A stretch of 63,146 nucleotides of DNA from Thermoflexus hugenholtzii JAD2 (GTDB taxonomy: Bacteria > Chloroflexota > UBA11872 > UBA12225), in assembly GCA_945865725.1 (NCBI GenBank), contig CAMBEO010000005.1:1-63146 (forward strand), in the 5' to 3' direction. A program made the position numbers and the translations under genes. The notes beneath the pieces are model-generated. The model had not been told where the DNA came from. It was given only the letters and a program-made list of their open reading frames with translations, and searched no databases. Shown here piece by piece: positions 1 through 9,048 of the stretch; within the stretch, counting starts at the first letter, position 1, and the number at the start of each line of letters is the position of its first letter.

Positions 1-150
1 CACGGCATGGTCGGCCATGCGGACATGGCGCGCGCCGCGATCGGCGTCCGAGTAGACCGCGACGGCCTCGGCGCCAAGCTCGTGAATGGCACGAATGACT
101 CGGACGGCAATCTCGCCGCGGTTCGCGACCAGGACGCGACGGAACATCAT
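1..150 (-). CDS. biotin carboxylase subunit of acetyl/propionyl-CoA carboxylase (5' end only; gene continues past the left edge)
   Basis: Reverse translation of 150..1 reads [50 protein letters not shown], the canonical biotin carboxylase N-terminus. It is truncated by the window edge, so it is absent from the ORF track. Confidence 0.85.
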   Translation of the reverse strand, partial: MMFRRVLVANRGEIAVRVIRAIHELGAEAVAVYSDADRGARHVRMADHAV

Positions 151-174
151 CCGGGCCCTTCCATCTGCTGGGGC

Positions 175-301
175 GGTGCTTCCCTCTCCCGCCGCAGCGG
201 GGGAGGGATTGAGGGTGGGGGCCGTCCTGCCTCCCTCTCCCGCCGCCGCGCGGGGCGCTTGCGGCCAATGGAAGGGGGCGTCCTTCTCCCCGCGCCCGGG
301 G
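175..301 (+). repeat. hairpin-repeat mosaic: A module + B module + CGTCCTTCTCCCCGCGCCCGGGG tail
   Basis: GGTGCTTCCCTCTCCCGCCGCAGCGGGGGAGGGATTGAGGGTGGGGG, then CTCCCTCTCCCGCCGCCGCGCGGGGCGCTTGCGGCCAATGGAAGGGGG. Lies in the pccB / biotin carboxylase spacer. Confidence 0.9.
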
Positions 302-331
302 AACCCGGTGGTACCGCCATCGCCGCCAGGG

Positions 332-1912
332 CTACAAGGGGATGTTCCCGTGCTTTCGCGCCGGGTTGGTCACGCGCTTGCTCCTCAAGATCCCGAGCCC
401 GGCGATGAGCTTGCGTCGGGTCTCGTGCGGCTCGATCACGTCGTCAACGTAGCCACGCGCCGCCGCGGCGTACGGGTTGGCGAACCGGTCGCGGTACTCG
501 GCGACGAGCCGCGCGCGTTCCGCCACCACGTCGGCAGATGCGGCCAGCTGGTCGCGAAAGATCAGCGGGACCGCCCCCTCGGCACCCATCACGGCGATCT
601 CGGCCCAGGGCCACGCGAAGTTCAGGTCGCCCCTGATGTGCTTCGACGACATCACGTCGTACGCGCCGCCGTACGCCTTGCGGGTGATGACGGTCAACTT
701 GGGGACGGTGGCCTCGCAGTACGCGTACAGGAGCTTCGCCCCGTGGCGGATGATCCCGCCGTGCTCCTGGGTGACGCCGGGAAGGAACCCGGGGACGTCG
801 ACGAAGGTGATGATCGGTAGGTTGAAGCAGTCGCAGAACCGGACGAAGCGCGCGGCCTTGACGCTCGCGTCGATGTCGAGAACGCCAGCGAGGGCGGCCG
901 GCTGCTGCGCGACGACGCCGACGGGGCGCCCGCCGAGGCGTCCGAAGGCGGTAATGATGTTCGGCGCGAAGAGCGGTTGCACCTCGAGGATCGATCGCCG
1001 GTCGAGGACGTGCCCGAGGACGGCCTTCATGTCGTAGGGCACGTTCGGGTCGCGCGGGACGATCGTGTCCAGTGCCGGGTCGGCGCGCGAGGCCGGGTCG
1101 TCGCACGGGACCACGGGTGGGTCGTCGAGGTGGTTGGAGGGGAGGTAGGCCAGGACCTCGCGGACGAGGGCAAGGCACTCCGGCTCGGAAGCGGTGATGA
1201 AGTGCGCGACGCCGCTGGTCGTGGCGTGAACCCCCGCACCGCCGAGGCCGTCCGCATCGACCGTCTCGTGGGTGACCGCCTTCACGACGTTCGGGCCGGT
1301 GACGAACATGTACGAGGTGCGGTCGACCATGGCCACGAGGTCGGTCATCGCGGGGGAGTAAACGGCGCCGCCAGCGCATGGCCCGAGGATGGCGGAGATC
1401 TGCGGGACGACGCCCGAGGCCATCACGTTTCGCAAGAAGATCTCGGCATACCCGCCGAGGGCGGCGACCCCGCCCTGGATGCGCGCGCCCCCGGAGTCGT
1501 TGAGGCCGATGATCGGCGCACCGCCTTGCACGGCGAGGTCCATCACCCTGCAGACCTTCTCCGCGAACGCTTCCGAGAGGGACCCGCCAAGGACGGTGAA
1601 GTCCTGGGAGAAGGCGAAGACGGTGCGACCGTCGATCCGCCCCCATCCGGTGACGACGCCGTCGCCGAGGATGGGCTCGTGCTCGAAGCCGGATTCGCTG
1701 GATCGATGGGTGACCAGCATGCCGGTCTCCTCGAAGGAGCCGGGGTCGAGGAGGAGGTCAAGGCGCTCGCGCGCGGTGAGCTTGCCGCGGGCGTGTTGCT
1801 GGGCGATCCGTGCCGTGCCGCCGCCGAGTCGGGCGCGGGCTTTCATCGCGCGCAACTCGGCGACACGCGGGTCGATGACCGGCGTCTCGTCTTCGCCATT
1901 CGTCTCAGGCAC
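332..1912 (-). CDS. pccB: propionyl-CoA carboxylase beta chain / acyl-CoA carboxyltransferase
   Basis: From ORF 332..2104. Carboxyltransferase motifs are present: [46 protein letters not shown] trimmed the start to the in-frame GTG at 1912 ([21 protein letters not shown]), giving about 526 aa. The start is uncertain. Confidence 0.9.
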   Translation of the reverse strand: MPETNGEDETPVIDPRVAELRAMKARARLGGGTARIAQQHARGKLTARERLDLLLDPGSFEETGMLVTHRSSESGFEHEPILGDGVVTGWGRIDGRTVFAFSQDFTVLGGSLSEAFAEKVCRVMDLAVQGGAPIIGLNDSGGARIQGGVAALGGYAEIFLRNVMASGVVPQISAILGPCAGGAVYSPAMTDLVAMVDRTSYMFVTGPNVVKAVTHETVDADGLGGAGVHATTSGVAHFITASEPECLALVREVLAYLPSNHLDDPPVVPCDDPASRADPALDTIVPRDPNVPYDMKAVLGHVLDRRSILEVQPLFAPNIITAFGRLGGRPVGVVAQQPAALAGVLDIDASVKAARFVRFCDCFNLPIITFVDVPGFLPGVTQEHGGIIRHGAKLLYAYCEATVPKLTVITRKAYGGAYDVMSSKHIRGDLNFAWPWAEIAVMGAEGAVPLIFRDQLAASADVVAERARLVAEYRDRFANPYAAAARGYVDDVIEPHETRRKLIAGLGILRSKRVTNPARKHGNIPL

Positions 1913-2116
1913 GATGCGGCAGCATAGCACCCGGTTCCGGGCATGCCCTGTTGGGCCGTCCGGAGGCAGCGTGGGGTGGCTGCGTCCTTGGAATGCGGCG
2001 CGGTTGTCCGGGTGGCGCAACACGGCCAGCGGGACGCCGACGCTCTCGGTAGGGCCCTTGTCCATCCTCTTGCCGCAAGCGCTCCGGGCTGGGGCAGGAG
2101 GCACTGTCCCGAGGTA

Positions 2117-2180
2117 CCCCCACCATCGTCATCCGCGTACGCGGTCCCACTCCCGCCGCAGCGGGAGAGGGAACCACCAC
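2117..2180 (-). repeat. hairpin-repeat module (C-type, reverse orientation, hybrid)
   Basis: CCCCCACCATCGTCATCCGCGTACGCGGTCCCACTCCCGCCGCAGCGGGAGAGGGAACCACCAC. Confidence 0.85.
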
Positions 2181-2256
2181 GCCTCCCACGCCCGTGCCGC
2201 GGTGGCGAAGGTGGGGCCGGCAGGACCATGCATGCGGCACGGCAGGGTGATCGGGG

Positions 2257-4038
2257 ATGATCGGGGCGATGGCCACGCGTGCAATGCGCCGGACCCCGGG
2301 TGACGGGCCGTCCTGCGCCGCGCGGCGGGCCGTCGTCGCCATCTTGCTCGCGTTCGTCGCGATCGCGGCGACGGTCGGCCCATCGTTCGCCCAAGGGGTG
2401 CCAGCGACCCGGTTCGACGGATGGGAGGACTGGGAGACCCTCAACGGCGCCTTTTTCACCCAAGGGGTGGCAGGCGACGACCCGACGCAGGGCTTCGCCG
2501 TGACCGACGAGGGCGGGAAGGCGTTCTGGCGCGATTACACCGCACTTGGCGGTCGCCGATCGCTTGGCGCTCCGATCTCCCGGCGGTTCGAGGCCGATGG
2601 CTTCGTGGTGCAGGTGATGCAGCGCGCGGTGATGCAGTGGCACCCCGAGATCGGCGGGGCGGTCCTGGCGAACGTGTTCGACGACCTCTCGGCGGCGGGA
2701 CGCAACGAGTGGTTGCGTACGACGCGCGGAATCCCGCCACCGCTGGAGCTGCCCGAGGACGAGGGTGCGACGGCGCAGGACCTTTGGCAACGCCGCTTGC
2801 GGTGGCTGGACGGTTACCCGGCGCTACGCGCCGCCTACTTGAACGACGCGGACCCCCTCGAGGCGAGCGGCCTGCCGATGGCGCCCGTCTTCGACAACGG
2901 GCAAGCCCTCGTCCTGCGCACGCAGCGGCGGGTGTTCATGCAGTGGAAGGTGACGGCCCGGTTCGTCAGGGCCGGGCAAGTCTCGCTGGTGAACGGCGGC
3001 GAGGTCGCCCGCCAGGCCGGCATCTACCCGGAAGAGGCGTTCGCTCCAGACGATGCCGCTCGTCACGTCGCGGTGCCGCTGCGTCACGGACCGAGCGCGA
3101 CCGAGGCGACGGTAGACGCATGGCGCGCGGCGTTCGACCGCGTACGCCCGTCGATCGTCGAGGTCACCGATGGCAAGTCCGGTCGGGGCACGGGCGTCGT
3201 GCTCGGGGTCGATGCCTTGGGCGCGATCATCGTGACAAACAACCACGTCGTCGAGGCGGTCGATCGCGGGCGGCTCGTCGGTCGGCTTGCCGACGGGCGC
3301 GAGGCGCCTGCGGTCGTGGTAGGCAGGGATGATTGGACCGATATCGCCGTCGTGCGCCTGCCAGGGGTGTTTGACGTGCCGGCCCTGACCCGTGGGGCGC
3401 CGGTCGCACCGGGCGTGACCGTCATGGCCGTCGGGTTCGGCGCGCTCTTCCCCTCGATGCCCTCGGCGAAAGTGGGCACGGTGCGCGGCCTTGGCGGTGC
3501 GATCCAGACGTTGCGCGACTACCCGCTATCTGGCCTCATCGAACACGACGTCCTGCTGTCGCCCGGCGACTCGGGCGGACCACTCGTAACCATGGAGGGG
3601 GAGGTCGTCGGCATCGACTGCGCGATCAAGGTGACGCGCGTCCCGAGGCGCGGGCAGGAGATGACGGGGTACTCGATCCCGATCGGGCAGGCGTGGGGGA
3701 TCGCATCGCAGTTGCAGCAGGCGGGCCGCTTGGACCGGCCCGCGCTTGGCGTGGAAATCATCGACCTCGACCCGTTCACCGCGATCTCGCTGGGGTTGCC
3801 GGTCGCGAACGGCGCCCTCGCGCGCGGCGTCCCCGAGGGGGGGCCAGCGGCGATTGCCGGGATCGTGCCCGGGATGGCGATCGTCGGGTTTGATCGAAAG
3901 GCGGTCGCGTCGGTGACCGACCTCCGGCGCCTGATGGTCACGAAGGTGATCGGCGACGTGGTGCAAGTCACGGTCGTCATGCGTGGGGGTGCCCGGCAAA
4001 CCGTGGCCGTGACGTTGGCGGAGCGATCCGGCACTTGA
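2257..4038 (+). CDS. secreted/membrane-anchored HtrA-like S1C serine protease with C-terminal PDZ and an N-terminal LGFP-like repeat region
   Basis: Catalytic triad contexts are TNNHVVEAV (His), DIAVVRL (Asp) and GDSGGPLV (Ser). There is a PDZ-like C-terminus and an N-terminal hydrophobic segment (AVVAILLAFVAIAATVG). Three ATGs within the first 10 codons leave the start ambiguous. Confidence 0.8.
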   Translation: MIGAMATRAMRRTPGDGPSCAARRAVVAILLAFVAIAATVGPSFAQGVPATRFDGWEDWETLNGAFFTQGVAGDDPTQGFAVTDEGGKAFWRDYTALGGRRSLGAPISRRFEADGFVVQVMQRAVMQWHPEIGGAVLANVFDDLSAAGRNEWLRTTRGIPPPLELPEDEGATAQDLWQRRLRWLDGYPALRAAYLNDADPLEASGLPMAPVFDNGQALVLRTQRRVFMQWKVTARFVRAGQVSLVNGGEVARQAGIYPEEAFAPDDAARHVAVPLRHGPSATEATVDAWRAAFDRVRPSIVEVTDGKSGRGTGVVLGVDALGAIIVTNNHVVEAVDRGRLVGRLADGREAPAVVVGRDDWTDIAVVRLPGVFDVPALTRGAPVAPGVTVMAVGFGALFPSMPSAKVGTVRGLGGAIQTLRDYPLSGLIEHDVLLSPGDSGGPLVTMEGEVVGIDCAIKVTRVPRRGQEMTGYSIPIGQAWGIASQLQQAGRLDRPALGVEIIDLDPFTAISLGLPVANGALARGVPEGGPAAIAGIVPGMAIVGFDRKAVASVTDLRRLMVTKVIGDVVQVTVVMRGGARQTVAVTLAERSGT

Positions 4039-4121
4039 CCGTTTTATCGGAGCACTTGCGGTGGGACACTCATCGGAGGGCGGTGGGACCCGCGGGTTAC
4101 CATGAGGAAAAGGACGCCCAG

Positions 4122-4700
4122 ATGACGATCACGACCCTCCTGCAGGGCGCCGGCGAACAGAAGCGCGGGCGCCGTGCAGGCCTTGCCTTGCTTGGCGGGA
4201 TCTCGCTCGCCGCATGCGACGCCTCCAGCATGGGTACCGGGAACGCCACGCCAGTCCCGTTCCCGTCGCCGGTCGCGACGACCCGGGTGGCAACGATCGA
4301 GCTTGACAAGGGCGGGACCATCCAGATCGCCCTCTTCGGCAGCGACGCGAGCCAGACGGTGAAGAACTTCGAGACCAAGGCGACCCAGGGCTTCTACAAC
4401 GGATTGAAGTTCCACCGCGTTGAAGACTGGGTCGTGCAGGGCGGGGATCCGAGCGGCAACGGCACCGGTGGGGGCCAGATGCCGAGCGAGTACAACAAGC
4501 GCGAGTTCAAGGTTGGTTCGGTCGGGATCGCGCGCGGCCAGGACCCGCGCATCAACAACGACGCGCAGTTCTTCATCGTCAAGAGGGACTCGCCCCACTT
4601 GAACGGCAACTACACGAACTTTGGGCAGGTCACGTCCGGCCTCGAGCTAGTCGTCAAGATCGCGATCGGCGACAAGATCAAGAAGATCAGCGTGGCGTGA
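4122..4700 (+). CDS. cyclophilin-type peptidyl-prolyl cis-trans isomerase, probable lipoprotein
   Basis: FHRVEDWVVQGGDPSGNGTGGG cyclophilin core. Lipobox LAAC in LALLGGISLAACD. Start set at the ATG at 4122, preceded by AGGAAAAGGA; the ORF track begins at 4035. Confidence 0.88.
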   Translation: MTITTLLQGAGEQKRGRRAGLALLGGISLAACDASSMGTGNATPVPFPSPVATTRVATIELDKGGTIQIALFGSDASQTVKNFETKATQGFYNGLKFHRVEDWVVQGGDPSGNGTGGGQMPSEYNKREFKVGSVGIARGQDPRINNDAQFFIVKRDSPHLNGNYTNFGQVTSGLELVVKIAIGDKIKKISVA

Positions 4701-4725
4701 GGCGCGCGGCGCCGGGCCGACGAAG

Positions 4726-6321
4726 ATGACGATCGACGCGCCACGCACGACCGCCGGGGGCTTGCCCCTCGAGCCGTGGTACGTCGGCCCGGACGAGTCG
4801 GGCGAACGCCCCGGCGAGTACCCGTTCACGCGTGGCGTGCATCCCACGATGTATCGCGGCCGGACCTGGACGATGCGCCAATACGCCGGCTACGCGACCG
4901 CCGAGGAGTCGAACCGGCGCTACCGGTTCCTCCTGGACGGCGGACAGACTGGCCTGTCGGTCGCCTTCGACCTGCCCACGCAACTGGGGCTTGACCCCGA
5001 CGACCCACTCGCCGAGGGTGAGGTGGGGCGCGTGGGGGTGAGCATCGCGAGTGTCGAGGACATGGCCGCCCTCTTCGAGGGCATCCCGATCGACCGCGTC
5101 TCGGTGTCGATGACGATCAACGCGACGGCAGCGATCCTCCTTGCGTACCACGTGGCGGTCGCGATCGAACGCGGGATCGATCCGGGCTTGCTGTCCGGGA
5201 CGATCCAGAACGACATCTTGAAGGAGTACGTGGCGCGAGGCACCCAGGCCTATCCGCCGCGGCCAAGCCTCGGGCTTGTCACGGGCACGATCGCGTACGC
5301 GGCGCGCCACCTGCCCCGGTGGAACCCGATCAGCATTTCCGGCTACCACCTGCGCGAGGCGGGTGCGACGGCGGTGCAGGAGGTGGCGTTCACGCTCGCG
5401 AACGGCCTCGAGTACGCCCGTGCGGCCGTGGCGGCCGGCCTGGTGATCGACGACTTCGCGCCCCGCCTGAGCTTCTTTTTCGCGTGCCACAACGACTTTT
5501 TCGAGGAAATCGCGAAGTTTCGCGCGGCGCGCCGCCTTTGGGCGGGCCTGATGCGTGATCGCCTCGGGGCGACGCGACCGGAATCGTGGAAGTTGCGGTT
5601 CCACACGCAGACGGCCGGGAGCGCCCTGGCGGCACAGGAGGCGCCGAACAACGTCGTGCGCGTCGCGATCCAGGCGATGGCGGCCGTCCTCGGGGGCACC
5701 CAAAGCTTGCACTGCAATGCCATGGATGAGGCCCTTGCCCTGCCCACGGAGGCGACCGCGCGCCTCGCCCTGCGCACGCAACAGGTGATCGCCTACGAGA
5801 GCGGGGTCACCGGTGTCGCGGACCCGCTCGGCGGGTCGTGGTTCGTCGAGAAGTTGACGGACGACCTGGCCGGGGCGGCGGCGCGCCTGATCGACGAGGT
5901 CGAGCGGGTCGGCGGTGCGTTGCGCGCGGTTGAGACGGGCTATTACGCGCGCCAGATCGAGGAGAGCGCGTACCGGCACCAGCAGGCGGTCGATGCAGGC
6001 ACGCGCACGATCGTGGGCGTCAACCGCTTCGTGTCAGGCGACGAGGGGTCGGGCGTGCCTGACCTGATGCGCGTCGACGCTTCGGTCGGCGCCAGGCAGT
6101 CTGGGCGGCTGGCCCGGTTGCGGGCGACCCGCGACGCGCGCCGCGTCGCGGCCTGCCTCGAGGTAGTCCGCGAGGCGGCGCGCGCGTCGATCGAGGCCCC
6201 GGGAACCCCGCGCATGATGGAGGCACTCGTCGAGGGTGCGCTCGCCCGCGCGACGACCGGTGAACTCGCGGGAGCGATGCGCGACGTCTTCGGGTCATAC
6301 CGTGACGGTGGTGCCGGATGA
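4726..6321 (+). CDS. methylmalonyl-CoA mutase family, large (catalytic TIM-barrel) subunit without a B12-binding domain
   Basis: YPFTRGVHPTMYRGRTWTMRQYAGY, TIQNDILKEY and HTQTAGSALAAQE are typical acyl-CoA mutase motifs. At 531 aa the protein ends before any B12-binding domain. Confidence 0.9.
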   Translation: MTIDAPRTTAGGLPLEPWYVGPDESGERPGEYPFTRGVHPTMYRGRTWTMRQYAGYATAEESNRRYRFLLDGGQTGLSVAFDLPTQLGLDPDDPLAEGEVGRVGVSIASVEDMAALFEGIPIDRVSVSMTINATAAILLAYHVAVAIERGIDPGLLSGTIQNDILKEYVARGTQAYPPRPSLGLVTGTIAYAARHLPRWNPISISGYHLREAGATAVQEVAFTLANGLEYARAAVAAGLVIDDFAPRLSFFFACHNDFFEEIAKFRAARRLWAGLMRDRLGATRPESWKLRFHTQTAGSALAAQEAPNNVVRVAIQAMAAVLGGTQSLHCNAMDEALALPTEATARLALRTQQVIAYESGVTGVADPLGGSWFVEKLTDDLAGAAARLIDEVERVGGALRAVETGYYARQIEESAYRHQQAVDAGTRTIVGVNRFVSGDEGSGVPDLMRVDASVGARQSGRLARLRATRDARRVAACLEVVREAARASIEAPGTPRMMEALVEGALARATTGELAGAMRDVFGSYRDGGAG

Positions 6322-6327
6322 GGCGCC

Positions 6328-6439
6328 CTAGCTACCGATTGCGCTGGCATCCAGCCACCCAGTGCGCGCCGGTATCGCCCTTAACGGCACGTCGTCCGTC
6401 AACTAGCTACCGATTGCGCTGGCATCCAGCCACCCAGTG
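6328..6439 (+). repeat. perfect 37-bp direct repeat (6328-6364 and 6403-6439) separated by a unique 38-bp spacer
   Basis: CTAGCTACCGATTGCGCTGGCATCCAGCCACCCAGTG occurs twice. It contains the internal hairpin GCTGG-CAT-CCAGC. Lies between the mutase stop and the epimerase::MeaB start. Confidence 0.95.
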
Positions 6440-6478
6440 GGGGCGTTGGGTCGGCCTCGCCGGTTCCGGGCGACCGAC

Positions 6479-7963
6479 GTGATCCTCGGGATCGACCACG
6501 TCGGGATCGCGGTCGGCGATGCCACGGCCGCGGTCGACCTCCTTGCCGACCTCGTCGATCGGCCGGGGACCGAAATCGAGGAGGTCGGTGGCCAGGCGGT
6601 TCGCGTCGCGTTCGTGCCGGCGAACTGGCCCACGGTTGGCGCGCGCCTTGAGGTGCTCTCCCCGACGGACCCGTCGGGAGCGGTCGCACGATTTCTCGAA
6701 CGCCGGGGCGAAGGCCTCCATCACGTCTGCTTCCTGGTCGACAACCTCGAGGCCGAGGTCGCGCGCCTCGCACCGCGCTTTGCCTTGGTCGATGCGGCGC
6801 CCCGTCGGGGCCATGGCGGGCGCGTCGTGTTCCTTCACCCGAAAGCCGTGCACGGGGTCATGGTCGAGCTGCTCGAACGCGACGAGCCGCCGGTGGAGGA
6901 CCCTCATCATCCGCATGCGCGCCCCCCAGCTGAAAGCTCTCACGGGAGGAGGGGGGGAGAAGGGGAGGCGGACCTCGCCCGGGCGCGCGACTTGATCGAA
7001 CGGGCGAGGGGTGGTGACCGTCGTGCCCTCGCGCGCGCCCTCTCGGCGGTCGAGGCCGGCGGTGCGCCGGGGTGCGCCGTCGTCGCCGCGGCGGCCGGGA
7101 TACGCGCCGCAACCGCCTCGGTTGTCGGCATCACCGGTGCCCCGGGTTCGGGGAAGTCAACCCTCGTCGGCGCCCTCGCCCGTGCGTGGCGCGCGGCCGA
7201 CCCGGACGGCCCGGTCGCGATCCTTGCCGTCGACCCGAGTAGCCCGGTGAGCGGTGGCGCCTTGCTTGGTGATCGGATCCGGATGGAGTCCATTGCCGGC
7301 GACCCAGGCACGTACGTGCGGAGCGTCGCCGGACGGGGCGCGGGAGACGGCCTCGCTGACGCTGTCGGCGACATGCTCTCGGTGTTGCGGGTGGCGGGGT
7401 TCGGGACCATCCTCCTGGAGACGGTCGGCACGGGCCAGGATGCCTTCGCGGTGGAAAGTCTTGTCGACGTGACGGTGGTCGTGCATGCTCCCGGCCTCGG
7501 TGACGCGATCCAAGGGTTGAAGGCGGGCTTGGTCGACCTGGCCGACGTGATCGTGGTGAACAAGGCCGACCTTGACGGCGCGGCGGCGTTGGCGTCGGCC
7601 CTCAAGTTCGGACGCGGTGATGATCCCGCGTGCCTGGTCCTCGAGACGGTCGCGACGACCGGGGCGGGGGTGTCAGACGTACGCGGGAAGATCATGGAGG
7701 CCCTCGGGCGTCCGCATGACCTTGGTGCACGGGCCCGCCGGGCGATTGCGCGGGCGGCCGTCGCGATGACGCGGGCACGGGTGGCCGAGGCGCTCCGACT
7801 GGACGACCCGACAGGTGGCGCCGTCGCTGGGGTTGTCGCGGGACGCTTGTCACCGGCCGACGCGGCCTGTGCGATCCTGTACGCATCCGGGGCGCGCGGC
7901 GTGTCGGGGCAGGATGCCCCTGCCGGTCCGGGCGCACGAGATGGCGGGGGCCGAGGGCGATGA
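6479..7963 (+). CDS. fusion protein: methylmalonyl-CoA epimerase (VOC/glyoxalase fold) plus MeaB/ArgK-type G3E GTPase (mutase chaperone)
   Basis: N-terminal part: GIDHVGIAVGD, LHHVCFLVDN, VFLHPK. C-terminal part: GITGAPGSGKSTLV (P-loop), GDRIRM, LETVGTGQ, VVNKADL. There is one uninterrupted frame from 6437. The start is probably the GTG at 6479. Confidence 0.8.
   Translation: MILGIDHVGIAVGDATAAVDLLADLVDRPGTEIEEVGGQAVRVAFVPANWPTVGARLEVLSPTDPSGAVARFLERRGEGLHHVCFLVDNLEAEVARLAPRFALVDAAPRRGHGGRVVFLHPKAVHGVMVELLERDEPPVEDPHHPHARPPAESSHGRRGGEGEADLARARDLIERARGGDRRALARALSAVEAGGAPGCAVVAAAAGIRAATASVVGITGAPGSGKSTLVGALARAWRAADPDGPVAILAVDPSSPVSGGALLGDRIRMESIAGDPGTYVRSVAGRGAGDGLADAVGDMLSVLRVAGFGTILLETVGTGQDAFAVESLVDVTVVVHAPGLGDAIQGLKAGLVDLADVIVVNKADLDGAAALASALKFGRGDDPACLVLETVATTGAGVSDVRGKIMEALGRPHDLGARARRAIARAAVAMTRARVAEALRLDDPTGGAVAGVVAGRLSPADAACAILYASGARGVSGQDAPAGPGARDGGGRGR
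6901..6968 (-). repeat. hairpin-repeat module (F/C-type, reverse orientation) embedded in-frame in the epimerase::MeaB ORF
   Basis: CCCTCATCATCCGCATGCGCGCCCCCCAGCTGAAAGCTCTCACGGGAGGAGGGGGGGAGAAGGGGAGG aligns by eye at roughly three-quarters identity to the reverse complement of the intergenic copy at 53900-53960. Confidence 0.75.
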
Positions 7964-8922
7964 GACGAGAACCGGCGCGTCGGCGCCTGTCTCCGGCCAT
8001 GCCTGCCGGCATGATGGTCCCGAAGGCATTCCCCTGGCGACTGGCGCTCAGTGCGTTCGCAGCCGCCTCGGTGCTGCTCTCGATCGTCCTTGCGGTTGCG
8101 GGTAGCGTCGTTCCGTCGGCCGTCCTCGCGATCCTCGGAGTGGCCTTGGCGACCGCGGGAGGCATCGCCACGTGGCGAGCCGGCGAGAGCACCCGCCGGT
8201 CGCGGGCCCGGGCCATTCCCGGGATGTTGGACATGGAGCCCCCGGTGATCGGCCGCGACCGCTCGCGACAGTCACGGGGCACTCGCGACGGCGACGACGG
8301 CGCGGACTTCGACCTGTCTGCCATTCCCGAGTTTCGGACGCGACGCGACGTGGCGCGCCCGCTTTCCGCGCCTGCCCCGGCGCCATTGAATGATCCCGGC
8401 CCCGTAGTGCCCGTGCTTCTGATCCCGGTGCCGGACGGGGCCGAAACGGCGGTCAGTGATTTCGCGGGGGCAGTCGGCGCCATCGCCGCCGCCGTGCTGA
8501 TGCGGCGCGGTCGGCGCCTCGTCCCTGTCGCGGTCGCAGGGAACTGGGCGAACGCGCGTGCCGTCGCGCCTGATCGCGGCGGTCCGCACGGCTCGGGCCC
8601 GCCGGACGAGTCGAACGACGCACCGGGGTTCCCGATCGACGACGCCCTAGACGTCATGCTGGCGGGGATCGCAGGCGCCGTGCCCATCGAGCGATGGGGG
8701 GAGATCGAGGACGTCCCGGCGGGGATGCTTCCCTTGGTCGCGCTTGGCGACCAAGGGGTGGCCGTGGTCGTGGCGACGGCCCACCGGCAACGCCTCCTGG
8801 CATTGTGGGTCGCGTCAAGTCGCGACGGTGCGCGGCGCTACACCGACGTGGAGCTCGCCGCGCTCGAGGCCGTCGCGCGGGATCGTGCACCCGTGCTCGT
8901 GCCTGCGCTCCTCGACGGGTAA
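7960..8922 (+). CDS. hypothetical membrane protein (two N-terminal TM helices; C-terminus weakly GAF-like)
   Basis: The ATG overlaps the MeaB stop (ATGA). TM segments are LALSAFAAASVLLSIVLAVAG and VLAILGVALATAGGIA. I recognise no family, and the GAF-like impression is weak. Confidence 0.55.
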   Translation: MRREPARRRLSPAMPAGMMVPKAFPWRLALSAFAAASVLLSIVLAVAGSVVPSAVLAILGVALATAGGIATWRAGESTRRSRARAIPGMLDMEPPVIGRDRSRQSRGTRDGDDGADFDLSAIPEFRTRRDVARPLSAPAPAPLNDPGPVVPVLLIPVPDGAETAVSDFAGAVGAIAAAVLMRRGRRLVPVAVAGNWANARAVAPDRGGPHGSGPPDESNDAPGFPIDDALDVMLAGIAGAVPIERWGEIEDVPAGMLPLVALGDQGVAVVVATAHRQRLLALWVASSRDGARRYTDVELAALEAVARDRAPVLVPALLDG

Positions 8923-8930
8923 GGAAGCCG

Positions 8931-9030
8931 CCCCCGCCTGAAAACTCCCGTGCCCGGCGGGAGAGGTGGGAGACGGGACGCCCCCTCCCTCAATCCCTCC
9001 CCCGCTGCGGCGGGAGAGGGAAGCACCACC
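8931..9030 (-). repeat. hairpin-repeat mosaic (F-like + A module, reverse orientation)
   Basis: ...CTGAAAACTCCCGTGCCCGGCGGGAGAGG... followed by CCCCCTCCCTCAATCCCTCCCCCGCTGCGGCGGGAGAGGGAAGCACCACC. Confidence 0.9.
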
Positions 9031-9048
9031 GCACGGGGGGCCGGTCCG

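Noticed and set aside
4701-4725. A cobalamin riboswitch upstream of the B12-dependent mutase gene (also considered for 6322-6478).
   Set aside because: The 25-nt spacer is far too short. The 6322-6478 region is taken up by the 37-bp direct repeats and lacks a B12-box-like GCCACUG core in the right context.
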